Below are positions 28,801-37,343 of a stretch of DNA of 64,000 nt, one piece after another. The stretch is from a virus. Made by a program: the position numbers and the translations under genes. The notes beneath the pieces were generated by a model that searched no databases, was not told where the DNA came from, and saw only the letters and a program-made list of their open reading frames with translations. The stretch's first letter is position 1, and every line of letters starts with the position of its first letter. The stretch is from positions 1-64,000 of IMG/VR virus record IMGVR_UViG_3300046758_000611, one strand, 5' to 3'.

Positions 28801-31147
28801 TGATTGCAGAACCTAACCCTGCTACTTTTTTCAATGCTCCTTTTATCATATCACCAAATGAAGAAAATAGTCCTGTCATAGAAGTAGAACCCATTTTCAT
28901 TGCGACTGCGAGTGCAACTCCAAGTGATCCAACGATTGTTATTGCCGTACTTCCAAAGTCACTGAAACGTTCTTTCAAACGACTTGTATCACCTGTAATA
29001 GCCGCAATTAGATCACCTATTAACGCAAATGGTGCAACGATTAATTTTAATAAAAATCCTATAACCTTTAATATAGGTACAAGTGCCGACATAAATCCAT
29101 TTACAACAGGTAATAATGCTTCACCGAGTTCTACCATCATTTGATTAAATTGATTTTGCAGAGCATTCATTTTTGCTTGTTGAATTTCTTGCTTCATTCT
29201 TGCTTCTGCTTGTTGTGCTAAACTTTTTTCTTCACCACCACGAAGTGCTTCCAACTGCTTTTGATACTCAGCGGCCAGTTCTGGGTTTTCACGTGCAAAC
29301 TCAGCATTTTCTTTTTCAATTTTATTCATCTTGGTGAGTTCTTCTACACTCGTTCCAAGTGCTTCTGCAAGTGCTTGCTTTTGAAAACGATTCATGCGAT
29401 CAAATCCACCCATTTCTTTCATGATACGTAATTGCTCTTTTTGCATACCTGCTAAATCACCATCCATTGCAAGTTGTCGCATTTTTTGAAAATTAACATG
29501 ACGTCCCATCATGCTTGCCAATTTCATTTCCGATGAAATACTACTTTCAAAATCAAGTAAGTGACTTGCAGTTGCGGCCGCAGAATCTAAACTACTTCCC
29601 ATGCGTCTTGCTTCAACGGCTGCGGCTGCTAGATTTCTTGGCATATTACCAATTGCTAATATTGCATCCTCACTTGCGTTTGCAACATCTTCCATAACTT
29701 TACCAGCAGGAACTCCAGCAAGATTACTAAGTTCGGCAGTTGCAAGTGTTAAGTTTTGTGCTACTTCATCACTTGGTGCTCCCATTTCCATAAACTTAAC
29801 TAAAGCACCTGCGGCTGCATCTTGACTAATTCCTAATCCTGCACTTAACTTTGAAACTAATTCTATTTGTCCACGTGTAACATGATTAACATTTCCAAAT
29901 TCTTCTACTAATGCTTTTGCTGATCCAACTGCTTCTTCAATACTTACTCCAAAATATGCCAATTCTTTGTTTACTGAAATGGCATCTTTTTGTATTTGTT
30001 CCATTGCTCCATACGACAATCCAAGTTCGTTGCGAAATTCCTGTGTAGATTTTTCAAGTGCTTGAAATCTTGAAAATGCTAATGCCAATAATGCTACTAT
30101 ACTTCCAATTATTAATACAGGACCAGTTAACACGGAAGTCAACATAGAACCTATTCCTTTAATTGCACCCATCATTTCGGTGGATCCTGCTTTTAATGAA
30201 TCTGTCAATGTTGCTCCGGGTTTTCCCGCAACCTCTGCCATTTTAAGAAATCCAGCCGTAAAATCTTCTTTTACTTTGTTGGTTGCTTTTTCTAATGGTT
30301 TTTGTACACTTGATGCCAGAATTCCTCCTATCAATGGAATTTTTTTGATTGTGTTTGTAATTCCACTAGACATATTATCGATTTCACTATGAAATTCCTT
30401 AATTAAATCTTTGTTATTTTCTAGTAGTTTTTTGAAATTAGGTCCTAGACGTTCAAGAACACGTTCTAGTTTTTCAGTTGCATCAAGTTGTTCTTTCGTA
30501 GATTCTACCAAAGCATCTGAGTTGTGTTTCATTTGTGCTCTGATGATGTCTATATCTTTTTCTTTCTCAACTATGTCACTTATTTTTTTTAATTCTTCAT
30601 CTCTTATTTTAACGAGTCCTGCTTGTTGACCTATTATATCTGCGATTCGTGTTTTTTCTTTTCCAATAGTCTCACCTATTTCTTTGACTTTGTTTAATTG
30701 ATCGGTATATCCTACATCTAATTTATCCATCAAAGAAAGTTTTGTTTGTGCCATGGCCAATTCACTTTGCAAATTTGGCATAAGTTTGTTGTTCGATTCT
30801 TCTATTAACTTCTGCCCCAATGCTACTTTGTCATTTATTGCAGATGTTTGCTCGGTTATTTTTAATTCGACTTCTTTGTCGTCTTTTGCTTTTGATAATT
30901 CGTTTACAAGGTCTACCGACTCTTTTTTCATTTTTTCAAGCATAGAAGCAGATGCAGTAAGTTGTGTTGATAATTCTTTTACTTTATCACCACCTACAAT
31001 ATTTATTGCAGAATCTATTTCACCTGAACTTAGATTTTCAGATATTTGCTTAGTTATATCATTAATTTGGTTTTGGGTAGGAAGTAACCCATCTCCAATT
31101 GATTTTTGAAGATTAGAAGTAAAATCTATTACATCTTTATCGTCCAT
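22820..31147 (-). CDS. Tape measure protein (2775 aa)
   Basis: Very long Ala/Gly/Leu-rich helical protein downstream of the tube and chaperone genes; LLDFESSISSEM core, long hydrophobic region, internal tandem repeats. Confidence 0.85.
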   Translation of the reverse strand: MDDKDVIDFTSNLQKSIGDGLLPTQNQINDITKQISENLSSGEIDSAINIVGGDKVKELSTQLTASASMLEKMKKESVDLVNELSKAKDDKEVELKITEQTSAINDKVALGQKLIEESNNKLMPNLQSELAMAQTKLSLMDKLDVGYTDQLNKVKEIGETIGKEKTRIADIIGQQAGLVKIRDEELKKISDIVEKEKDIDIIRAQMKHNSDALVESTKEQLDATEKLERVLERLGPNFKKLLENNKDLIKEFHSEIDNMSSGITNTIKKIPLIGGILASSVQKPLEKATNKVKEDFTAGFLKMAEVAGKPGATLTDSLKAGSTEMMGAIKGIGSMLTSVLTGPVLIIGSIVALLALAFSRFQALEKSTQEFRNELGLSYGAMEQIQKDAISVNKELAYFGVSIEEAVGSAKALVEEFGNVNHVTRGQIELVSKLSAGLGISQDAAAGALVKFMEMGAPSDEVAQNLTLATAELSNLAGVPAGKVMEDVANASEDAILAIGNMPRNLAAAAVEARRMGSSLDSAAATASHLLDFESSISSEMKLASMMGRHVNFQKMRQLAMDGDLAGMQKEQLRIMKEMGGFDRMNRFQKQALAEALGTSVEELTKMNKIEKENAEFARENPELAAEYQKQLEALRGGEEKSLAQQAEARMKQEIQQAKMNALQNQFNQMMVELGEALLPVVNGFMSALVPILKVIGFLLKLIVAPFALIGDLIAAITGDTSRLKERFSDFGSTAITIVGSLGVALAVAMKMGSTSMTGLFSSFGDMIKGALKKVAGLGSAIKTAFSAGGTTSGAPPIPPPSGVGAFGRGSPIKSATPKPSAAANKGPGFADKFAKIDTTGLLKAAGALAILAGALFISAKAFQEFGEVTWEGVIKGLFAIGALVLVSKLLSKGSDDMIKGAAAVAILGASLIPAAFAFQMFANVPFSAVLLGIGAITALAVVAGLLGKLSPVILAGAGALAAVGGAMLVFGLAAMAFATAVNIIASAFGKVIETIQSMSMGDIGMIYALGSAFAFIGIMSPLLILASVSIGILGLALIPFSIGLLAAGMGLTLFAFGVKQLIDHSSELPAAAFNFGIFVGAMAMLAPTLAVAGLGLAAFGVALIPFGIGIALAGAGVALFGYGMSMVMDTMKDLPEAAASLMLFAGAMALIAPLTPFILLTAGAFAILGVALIPLAVAMLAFGAGVALVGLGFQMLSDANAPELLVNLGMAISLVGLMLPFIVLGAVAIGVMTAALIPFSVALLVAGVGMSLFGLGLSLTADALNQITGESIANLFGIALAVAALGPLLPFIALGAISLTLMSGSLLTFGAAVMVVGLGLEVLSGGLESTVGYLKQLGEMAGQIGSAAIAIYAVSGALSSLAFAQVGQAVGGLASSFVNFGSDMVNAVNPFRDASEEAAKGPFDEILKLAPYAKDFEGLGMGIEKLAIGTTVLSRIDTDALDAVSESIRNLRRAFSGEEEASILGSLKNTASGFIDSLNPMKDAEAMPMDDMFGPLTELFAFADQAFMLGVGLEAVANGLSQISNVDIAPIQQLSTVLPELMSSILGNAPVAKEPEGFMSSLFSGFTGMFGGDDDEEKPQAAAGGGGVEMSQAPLKKMVDQLNEFASISDETLGVLDLISYSMARLAMALTMINMEQVETITSLGESFSQIGRILPSVQRGTSALKMVADSVTDVEDSMQSAGPHLKILTDSLKKLADMNITADVGDDLGDGLEDLGEGLEDFVDYMVDADLDTMSKTLPANLDAIGKALNSFASVQINPDLGDHLEDFGEGLEDFIDYMADADLATISDSLSVNLKKLGSAISTFSTLNINSELGNILEDFGEGLEDFIDYMDDADLATVSVSLSTNLTALGNALRGFSNLNISGDLGDQLEDFGEGLEDFIDYMDDADLAEVSVSLSANLSALGNALRGFANLNISSDLGDQLEDFGEGLEDFIDYMDDADLAEVSVSLSKNLNDLGNALKTFSTLNIQSDIGDKLEDFGEGLEDFIDYMDDADLAEVSASLSKNLTDLGNALKTFSTLNIQSDIGDKLEDFGEGLEDFIDYMDDADLAEVSGSLASNLSALGNALNTFSTLNIQSDIGDKLEDFGEGLEDFIDYMSDADLAEVSGALASNLSDLGNALNTFSTLNIQSDIGDKLEDFGEGLEDFIDYMDDADLAKVSSSLGKNLSNLGSALTKFSSLNIKSNIGDTLENFGEGLEEFIDYLDDDELSVVTDQFSSQMMSLGKAISSLSGLNISDGFGATIENLGKGIEEFLDYLNDNEMETMTQKFSSQMLSLSTALKSLSGIQITEQFGENLQSLGHGIEEFLDYLNDDEMETMTGTFVNQMALLSNALVSLSGISISSNFGNTLTSLGKGVEQFSDYLNDGEGKDIGNFFRSAGSSLVRFVEGVSKIANVKEISLTTSLRDLSEVAKGIDPSAVSNIELLGVKLTESLSAFANVDDPIIQTLKDINAELYSLCENINNLNIEKIEALKQMGTGIGGSSEGGGFLPPNVNSEADMIRMGIGDGSPDIMPTKSSSFATTTTNTSSLGESFANLTDDIEKTTNTSSLGESFANLTGDFKKPEVDKKYELFKRSHSDASIEDLQSYIGTNKSLIESSEENRRRGESTYLDVNKFQMENNYMERMIQEKAQEQFQSYENIQVPEKPLNVFDWKQDESGNVDFGDPGMMSISPQVAPGEAFNPFSVAETDEGNEELQTGIQIEQLAQSVDTTIPPSISTIMSEPSPSTVVDTREVADGAIEKKLSELIALMKSGGIAVNLDGKKVSTAIAKVQPD
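23475..23579 (-). repeat. Tandem duplication with 60-bp period in the TMP C-terminus
   Basis: Two copies encoding TTNTSSLGESFANLT(D/G)D. Confidence 0.85.
24040..26100 (-). repeat. About 13 tandem 159-bp (53-aa) coding repeats in the TMP
   Basis: Unit EDFGEGLEDFIDYMDDADLAEVSxSLxxNLxxLGNALxxFxxLNIxSDxGDxL; identical DNA words 159 nt apart (about 25343 and 25502). Confidence 0.95.
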
Positions 31148-31150
31148 TTA

Positions 31151-31408
31151 TTAAAGTTCGATATAGTCTTTTACTTTTGGGTCGTTTGCTAATGCTTTTT
31201 TTAAATCTTCTTTACTTGATAATCCAATTCTTTTTAGTTCTTGACGAAATTTTTCTGTGTCGTTGATATATTGTTGTAAAGAATTTGCCAAACGAGGGTC
31301 TTCTAATTTGCCTTTTGCAATTTTTCTTGCCTTTCCATTGAAAATTGCATTTACAATTCCACCGATGAATTCATTTAATTGTTGTTCTTGTTCTGTTATA
31401 TTTTTCAT
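31151..31408 (-). CDS. Hypothetical protein
   Basis: 85-aa ORF before the TMP, preceded by the TATTTATA motif; N-terminal ITE/LNE sites. Confidence 0.65.
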   Translation of the reverse strand: MKNITEQEQQLNEFIGGIVNAIFNGKARKIAKGKLEDPRLANSLQQYINDTEKFRQELKRIGLSSKEDLKKALANDPKVKDYIEL

Positions 31409-31437
31409 GTCATTAATTAGAGTTATGTTATAAATAC

Positions 31438-31470
31438 AAAAAGTCGTATATATTGATAAATATACGACTT
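31438..31470 (-). terminator. Intrinsic terminator
   Basis: AAGTCGTATA/TATACGACTT stem running into a T tract on the minus strand, 35 nt after the stop of the frameshift extension. Confidence 0.6.
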
Positions 31471-31504
31471 CTGTAAATTAAGTTAAATGATTAACTAAAT
31501 AATG

Positions 31505-31756
31505 CTATCTAAAAGATGACCTACTTGGCATAGAAGGTTTGCTTGGCATACTCGGAGATTTTGACTTCGCAGATGCTTGTGCTTTTTCAACTTGTTCGTT
31601 TTCTTTATTGCGTATGTCAACGAGTTTTCTGATATAAAATCTGCGAAGATATATCGGTAGATTATACACAATATCTTGTGTAAATCCTCCTTGACTATAA
31701 TAAGCAAGATTAAAAACTTCTTCGTGAAGTTGAATTCTATACTCGGGTGGAAGGGT
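31505..31756 (-). CDS. Start-less +1-frame extension of the tail/baseplate chaperone (gp51/GT-like), probably reached by frameshifting
   Basis: 83 sense codons TLPPEYRIQLHEEVFNLAYYSQGGFTQDIVYNLPIYLRRFYIRKLVDIRNKENEQVEKAQ...SSFR-TAG, starting right after a T7 run (31757-31763); in-frame TGA just upstream and no start codon near its 5' end. Confidence 0.7.
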   Translation of the reverse strand, partial: TLPPEYRIQLHEEVFNLAYYSQGGFTQDIVYNLPIYLRRFYIRKLVDIRNKENEQVEKAQASAKSKSPSMPSKPSMPSRSSFR

Positions 31757-32681
31757 AAAAAAAGTCGACCCCCAAAGGGATCGTCATCCTTTCTTCATAT
31801 CCAGTATCTTCCGATTCAAAATTAAATGTCATGTCTAAATCAGGAGTATTTTCCTTGATATGCTCACGAAATGCCAAACTATCACGTGCAAGAAGTTCAC
31901 GATCAACAAATTGCTTGATTGAATTACGATCATCATTTCCATCAATTGCTTTGATAACATATTTCAATCGTGTTGTTACTTCGTTAGTTTCATTTTTATT
32001 TTTTGTAAACTTCTTCATTGCTTTAAGTTCAGCATCAATGTTTTGTTCGTCTTTATGAGACAACAAACTCCAATGTACTTTCTTTTTGCAAAATGGAAGT
32101 TCAAACTCAAACAAATTAGAACCACGTTCGTAATTTTCAAAATCAAATTCCTTTGGTTCGATCTTTGATAAATCAATTACATCTTGTACATCTTCGTTTG
32201 TGGATGGGTCTTTAAACTTAATGTTATAATCTTTTCCGTAAGCAAGAATTCTGGCTGCTATAAAAATCGCATTTTTATCACCAACCAATACATCATCAAG
32301 ATTAACACCTGGTGTTGCAATCAATGCTTCAAGAAGTTTGTCAAGAACGACTCCCTTTTTGATTAAATTTTGACTCGTAAGAATATCTTCTTCACGTGCA
32401 GTCATGTATTTAATATCAATTTTACCAGATGCAAGTGGTGAATTTGGTTCATAAAACCAACCACGACTTGGTAAATCTACAACTTCAGTAGGATATTCTA
32501 CCTTTTGCACAACATCAGTTGACTTACTTGCACTAGAAGGAGCAGTATTTTGCGTACTTGTTGCTTCTGTGCGTGTGCTTTGTGTTGTTGCACTTGAATT
32601 TGCAGTTGATGCGTTATTGTTGCGTTGCAATGCCTCTCTTACTTCCTGAGGAATGTCTACTTTATCATTTTCATTTGCCAT
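31737..32681 (-). CDS. Baseplate hub / tail assembly chaperone (T4 gp26-like)
   Basis: VDLPSRG, YMTAREEDIL, GDKNAIFIAARILAYG, C-terminal IPLGVDFFYP; between tube and TMP. Confidence 0.8.
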   Translation of the reverse strand: MANENDKVDIPQEVREALQRNNNASTANSSATTQSTRTEATSTQNTAPSSASKSTDVVQKVEYPTEVVDLPSRGWFYEPNSPLASGKIDIKYMTAREEDILTSQNLIKKGVVLDKLLEALIATPGVNLDDVLVGDKNAIFIAARILAYGKDYNIKFKDPSTNEDVQDVIDLSKIEPKEFDFENYERGSNLFEFELPFCKKKVHWSLLSHKDEQNIDAELKAMKKFTKNKNETNEVTTRLKYVIKAIDGNDDRNSIKQFVDRELLARDSLAFREHIKENTPDLDMTFNFESEDTGYEERMTIPLGVDFFYPSTRV

Positions 32682-32716
32682 AATTTGTAACCTTTTAAAT
32701 TGTATATTTTATATAT

Positions 32717-32745
32717 ACTATAAATATACATATATACGATGGCAA
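32717..32745 (-). promoter_or_regulatory. sigma70-like promoter overlapping the ATATTTAT motif
   Basis: TTGCCA-17 nt-TATAGT. Confidence 0.45.
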
Positions 32746-32760
32746 GTTTTTTTTACAAGT

Positions 32761-33105
32761 TTATGATTTTAATGCAAACTTTAAAATATCACTGTGTTCA
32801 CTATAATCAAAAAACTCTTTATCTTTTTTATTCTTCCAAGATTTATATACCAAAATACCAAGTTTAGCATCACTAATTACTATTCGTTTTCCACCCTTAG
32901 TAATAAACTCCATTCTACCGGAAGAAGTATCAACATCGTAATTTCTTTGAAATGTTCCTTTTTTAACTTTTGCCAACAAAAATTTAAGAAGTGAATTCAT
33001 TGCAGAACTAAGTCCTTCGGTTACTTCTGCTTTTTCGTATTCATTTTTTATTTCGCAAAAAAGTTCATTTACTGTTTTATTAAAGTTTGTTGTATCCATA
33101 ATCAT
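32761..33105 (-). CDS. Hypothetical protein
   Basis: 114-aa ORF between tube and chaperone genes; true start may be ATG 33099. Confidence 0.6.
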   Translation of the reverse strand: MIMDTTNFNKTVNELFCEIKNEYEKAEVTEGLSSAMNSLLKFLLAKVKKGTFQRNYDVDTSSGRMEFITKGGKRIVISDAKLGILVYKSWKNKKDKEFFDYSEHSDILKFALKS

Positions 33106-33117
33106 AAATATATATTT

Positions 33118-33152
33118 AAAAAAAAAAACTTCTCAAGAAGAGAAGTTTTTTT
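33118..33152. terminator. Intrinsic terminator after the tail tube gene (bidirectional)
   Basis: A-run-CTTCTC/GAGAAG-T-run hairpin. Confidence 0.75.
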
Positions 33153-33177
33153 AAGTTTAAAAAACTGGAAAGTTTTT

Positions 33178-33669
33178 TTAGTATTGGAGAATTGCGTAAT
33201 CGTATGAAAGAGTAAGTTCAACGGTTGAGAATTCACCGGTTGACCAATCAAGTGTACCTGGGTTCATGTTATTCACGAACGCACCCTTTATCGTCCACTC
33301 TTCAACATAATCACCGACAGGACCGAGAACGTTGATTGTAAGATCCTTTTTGTAGAAGTCAGCATAACCATTTCTTCCAGTAACAGATTCGTGAGAAAGA
33401 CGAATCCACTCCATTGCAGCCTGTGCTCCACTTGGAACTACCGGATCGTAAAGTGTGATTGAGATGTCCTGCCATTCTGCTTTACCTGCTCTAAGTTTGC
33501 GTTTAATATTGATATGATCAATTGTTTGAACGTCAATAGCAAGATTCGGACGTGCCGTTGCTTTAATAAGATAAGATGGAAGACCATCGATGTACATGAT
33601 AAAACGATTTTGTGTCTTCGGTTCAAATGCCGTAAAGAACATTTCCTGTGTTTCAACTACTTGTGCCAT
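33178..33669 (-). CDS. Tail tube protein (T4 gp19-like)
   Basis: FEPKTQNRF, WQDISITLYD, AMEWI, VEEWTIKGAF, LTLSYDYA; GGAG SD. Confidence 0.9.
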   Translation of the reverse strand: MAQVVETQEMFFTAFEPKTQNRFIMYIDGLPSYLIKATARPNLAIDVQTIDHINIKRKLRAGKAEWQDISITLYDPVVPSGAQAAMEWIRLSHESVTGRNGYADFYKKDLTINVLGPVGDYVEEWTIKGAFVNNMNPGTLDWSTGEFSTVELTLSYDYAILQY

Positions 33670-33786
33670 AATTTTATTTCTCCAGTTTTTGTGTTTAAAT
33701 TATATTCTATAAATATGTGATTAATTTTTGAAAAGTTGTTTTTTCATCTAATAATAATTATTTACAATAAACGAAAATATACATAT

Positions 33787-34485
33787 TTATTTTTCTTTTC
33801 TTAACTTTTGTCCAACGAGTTTAGCAGACCCATATAATACTGCTCCTACAAATTGAATATGTTGAGGTCCTGGCCATGGAAAGGACAACCCAACAACACC
33901 AGTCGCAAACAATGTTAGCAACGCCATGCCCTCAGGTCCTGCGAATAGTGTAGACAATGTAAATCCACCACCAAGTGCCATAATCATATCCCCCATATCA
34001 AAGTCGTAATCTGCATTTCCTGTAAATGTCATATTCAACCAAATATAAATTAATATACCTGCAACTGCCAATCCTGCTATTCTTTTTGTTTTTGGATGCT
34101 TGGCAAGGAATGCATCTAAGTCTTTTAATTTATCTTCAGTCCATCGTCCTACCTTTGTACTTGCAATATATTCACCAATTGCTTTAATAACTTGTTTATA
34201 TGCTTTAAATCCTGCTTTAACAATTGAAAACAACTTTGTCATACTAAATTTGATCTTAGCAAAAAACTTAAAAACTATTTTATTTTTAAAAAGTTTTACT
34301 AAATCTAGTAACTTTACTTTCACCAAATCTTTTAGTTCTTTTACGAAAGACCATATTTTTTTCAAAGACGATGGAATTGCAATTTCATTCAAGTTTGTTT
34401 CGTTCGTAATATTAATTGAATCAACAAATTTACAAAATTCATTATATTGAATTTCAGATACAATCTCAGTTAATGTCATTGTCAT
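33787..34485 (-). CDS. Hypothetical membrane protein
   Basis: Amphipathic basic N-half; hydrophobic segments IAGLAVAGILIYIWL and GMALLTLFATGVVGLSF. Confidence 0.7.
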   Translation of the reverse strand: MTMTLTEIVSEIQYNEFCKFVDSINITNETNLNEIAIPSSLKKIWSFVKELKDLVKVKLLDLVKLFKNKIVFKFFAKIKFSMTKLFSIVKAGFKAYKQVIKAIGEYIASTKVGRWTEDKLKDLDAFLAKHPKTKRIAGLAVAGILIYIWLNMTFTGNADYDFDMGDMIMALGGGFTLSTLFAGPEGMALLTLFATGVVGLSFPWPGPQHIQFVGAVLYGSAKLVGQKLRKEK

Positions 34486-34507
34486 AGCTATAAATATATA
34501 TGATCAC

Positions 34508-34541
34508 AAAAAAAAGACCCTCTAAACAGAGGGTCTTTTTT
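34508..34541. terminator. Intrinsic terminator after the sheath gene
   Basis: AAAAAGACCCTCT-aaac-AGAGGGTCTTTTT. Confidence 0.85.
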
Positions 34542-34564
34542 CTTTTTTTGTTTACAATTACAAA

Positions 34565-37231
34565 TTATGCACCAAATGATGCTCCAGTTGACTGAACGTT
34601 AAAGTCAAGTACGATGTACTCAACTGCACGTGCAGGTTGGATGAAAATTTGTCCATACATAATGTTTCTGTCAATCATATCCGCAGTATTATTACTTTCG
34701 TCCATAATTACACGGAAAGCATACAATCCAAGTCTTTGTTGTACATTTTCAAGATAAGGATTAACTATACCCAAGAAACGATTACGTGTTGCGGTTACAT
34801 TTTGCTCGAAAATTAAGAATCGTGCAGAACTTGCAATGAACTTCTTAAGGTTGATAAGAAGACGTCTTACATTAATTCTATCCAATGCACTTGCATTTCT
34901 TTGCAATGTTTTCTGACCGAAAGCAACAATACCTTGACCAGGAAATGCGGCGATTGGGTTAACTTTACCTTCATAAAGTGTATCTCTTTCAGCAAAGTTT
35001 AATCTATCCATAACAGATACTGCTGACTCAATTCCACCACGATTAAGTCCGGCAGGAGCAAACCACTCAGCAGAACGTTGGTCATTAGAAGCATATACTG
35101 CCATCATCAATGCACTCGGAGGATATGGAACAATACGGTTAGTTGCCGGATCAATGATCTTAACCCAAGGATAATATGTAGCCGCATAGTTTGAATCAAG
35201 TGTAGATGCTTGTGAAACTGCATCGTCTACACGACCTGGTTGATTATGAGCACTTACACAATCAAGGATATAGAAGCAATCTTCACGGGTTTCACAAAGA
35301 TCAACACCACGATTAATTACAGTTCTATGAAGATCAAGACTCAATCCAGGTGTTACGAGCAAGTTAATATCAAACTCGTCCTGATTGCTTAATGCCTGAA
35401 ATGCACGAATATAACCTTGTGTCCCGGATGAAAATCGTCCAGAACAATCAAGACCCTGTACATTAGAAGGAGAAATATTTTTCCCTGTATTAATAGGATG
35501 TCCAGGAGCATGGCCATCAAATCCTTGTTGGAAACCAACCAAGAATCTTCTAAGTTTGCTTGTTTCAATTTCTTCAGAAACCGAAGGACTTGTATCAATA
35601 GCACTAACGGCAAATTCTTCAACTACTCCATCGACTTCCTCTTTATATGATCCGGGTTTGTCCATGTAATATCCAAGACCTGCTTCTCCAGCATCATTAG
35701 GGATCGGAGCAAACAGTTCAAAAGTGTCTTTCTGAGAACGTGGCATATCTAAAATACCATCTGGTGTATCTTCTGTAAATACCGCACCATTAAAGTAACG
35801 ACCTGGATTTCTTTCATATTGAGAAACATGACTGAAAATAGGTTGTGGAACTTCAAGTCCACCTACTGGTGACATATATGAAGCATGACCATAAGGCATT
35901 GCATTTGCAGGAGCAACCATATCAGGATTCAATTCAATACGAATCCAACGACTTGAGTTTCCATAGTCACCGTGCTCAGTTACTTTACCACGTGAGTCAA
36001 TTGTTGTAAAACGGTCACCTATTACACGTGCGACAAAGTTAGGACTAAGTGGGTCAAGTGTAAGAGCATCGTAGTTTTCAATTACATTTTGGGTTTTGTC
36101 GTTATCAAGAAATCCACGAACAACCAAACTAAATGTACCATAATCCGAACCAGAAATGCTACCAGGAGTTCTGACATTATATATACCAATTTTGATTTCA
36201 CGATTTGCACTTGTTCCCATATTACGAGTATAAACTCTAAACAAGTCGTATCTACGTCCACTAATTTCTTGGGACTGAATATAAGGTGTTACTGCTGGAC
36301 GACACGCAAACTCACCACCTTCACCGAATGTTGACAAATCAACTTCTTCTTCACCTTCTGCATTAAGAGTAGTATTTTGAAACTGCATTGTTTCTCCTTC
36401 ACCAATCGCAGCCTCTACATCACAACTTAAACGATAAGTTACACCTGCAAATACATTTGCATATATTCTTTCTTGTTCGTTTTCAAAATAGCAATGGAAA
36501 TATGCAGGTTCTACATTTTTCTTAGCAGCCCTACCAAATACATTATGCAAACTATCAGGATCACGTGGATCAAGTGAGAACGCATAATCACTAGGAATTT
36601 CATTTCCGTTTTCGTCTTCTTTATCTCCAACATTTTGAACAACTCCGTCTTCATCGGTAGTTCTTAATTTAAGTGTTGAACGAAGATTTGAACTAACAAC
36701 GGTATTTCCATCAGCATCTTCAGTTTCAGAATAAAACATTACATCAGTTAATGAGTCGACCTCAGAACCACGGAAACCACTAAGGTCTACAATTGACTCT
36801 CCACCAGGAGAAACAATCAAAGCATTTGCTAAGACACCGATAACACTATCGTCACCGACTTCAACTGGACAACTGCCACTTTCCAATCCGTAGTATGCTT
36901 CGTATTTTTCGTCATCTACTGATTCTACCGTTGCTTTAATAATGAGTGCATCTTTCTGCTCATATCCACCGAGTGATCCGACTCGTACTATTGTTACCAC
37001 ACCTTGTTGTTGTAAATATTCACTTGCAGTAAATGGTTGATAATAATCACCATCTGCTGTGCCAAATAAATCTTCCAACTCTGCGGCTGAAGTTACGATG
37101 GTTGGTGCATATGCGGGACCTCTGTTAAAAGGACCAACAACTGCTCCACCTATATTTTGAACTCCTTGTGAAAGAAGTGATGAATCGATTTCATTCGTGA
37201 AAACTGCTGGACTAATTGTTCGTTCTGCCAT
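34565..37231 (-). CDS. Contractile tail sheath protein (T4 gp18-like)
   Basis: SPAVFTNEID, GPFNRGP, YAATYYPWV, WFAPAGLNRG, GQKTLQ, LDRINVRRL, IQPARAVEYI; AGGAG SD. Confidence 0.95.
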   Translation of the reverse strand: MAERTISPAVFTNEIDSSLLSQGVQNIGGAVVGPFNRGPAYAPTIVTSAAELEDLFGTADGDYYQPFTASEYLQQQGVVTIVRVGSLGGYEQKDALIIKATVESVDDEKYEAYYGLESGSCPVEVGDDSVIGVLANALIVSPGGESIVDLSGFRGSEVDSLTDVMFYSETEDADGNTVVSSNLRSTLKLRTTDEDGVVQNVGDKEDENGNEIPSDYAFSLDPRDPDSLHNVFGRAAKKNVEPAYFHCYFENEQERIYANVFAGVTYRLSCDVEAAIGEGETMQFQNTTLNAEGEEEVDLSTFGEGGEFACRPAVTPYIQSQEISGRRYDLFRVYTRNMGTSANREIKIGIYNVRTPGSISGSDYGTFSLVVRGFLDNDKTQNVIENYDALTLDPLSPNFVARVIGDRFTTIDSRGKVTEHGDYGNSSRWIRIELNPDMVAPANAMPYGHASYMSPVGGLEVPQPIFSHVSQYERNPGRYFNGAVFTEDTPDGILDMPRSQKDTFELFAPIPNDAGEAGLGYYMDKPGSYKEEVDGVVEEFAVSAIDTSPSVSEEIETSKLRRFLVGFQQGFDGHAPGHPINTGKNISPSNVQGLDCSGRFSSGTQGYIRAFQALSNQDEFDINLLVTPGLSLDLHRTVINRGVDLCETREDCFYILDCVSAHNQPGRVDDAVSQASTLDSNYAATYYPWVKIIDPATNRIVPYPPSALMMAVYASNDQRSAEWFAPAGLNRGGIESAVSVMDRLNFAERDTLYEGKVNPIAAFPGQGIVAFGQKTLQRNASALDRINVRRLLINLKKFIASSARFLIFEQNVTATRNRFLGIVNPYLENVQQRLGLYAFRVIMDESNNTADMIDRNIMYGQIFIQPARAVEYIVLDFNVQSTGASFGA

Positions 37232-37343
37232 TTCTGGATTCTCCTGTTTGGGTTGTTATGTATTGTATAATTAAAGTTTGACCTTTTTTAGAATAAATAT
37301 TCCTAAAAATTTTCAAAGTTTAATATTTATAGACAAATAGTAA

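Noticed and set aside
31495-31707. 70-aa minus-strand ORF from the ORF track
   Set aside because: Wrong frame; the overlapping frame 31505..31756 gives the protein-like sequence linked to the slippery site.
34565-37231. Sheath/tube/LysM genes as a bacterial contractile injection system or tailocin
   Set aside because: They are embedded with capsid, portal, terminase and replication genes, so this is a complete phage.
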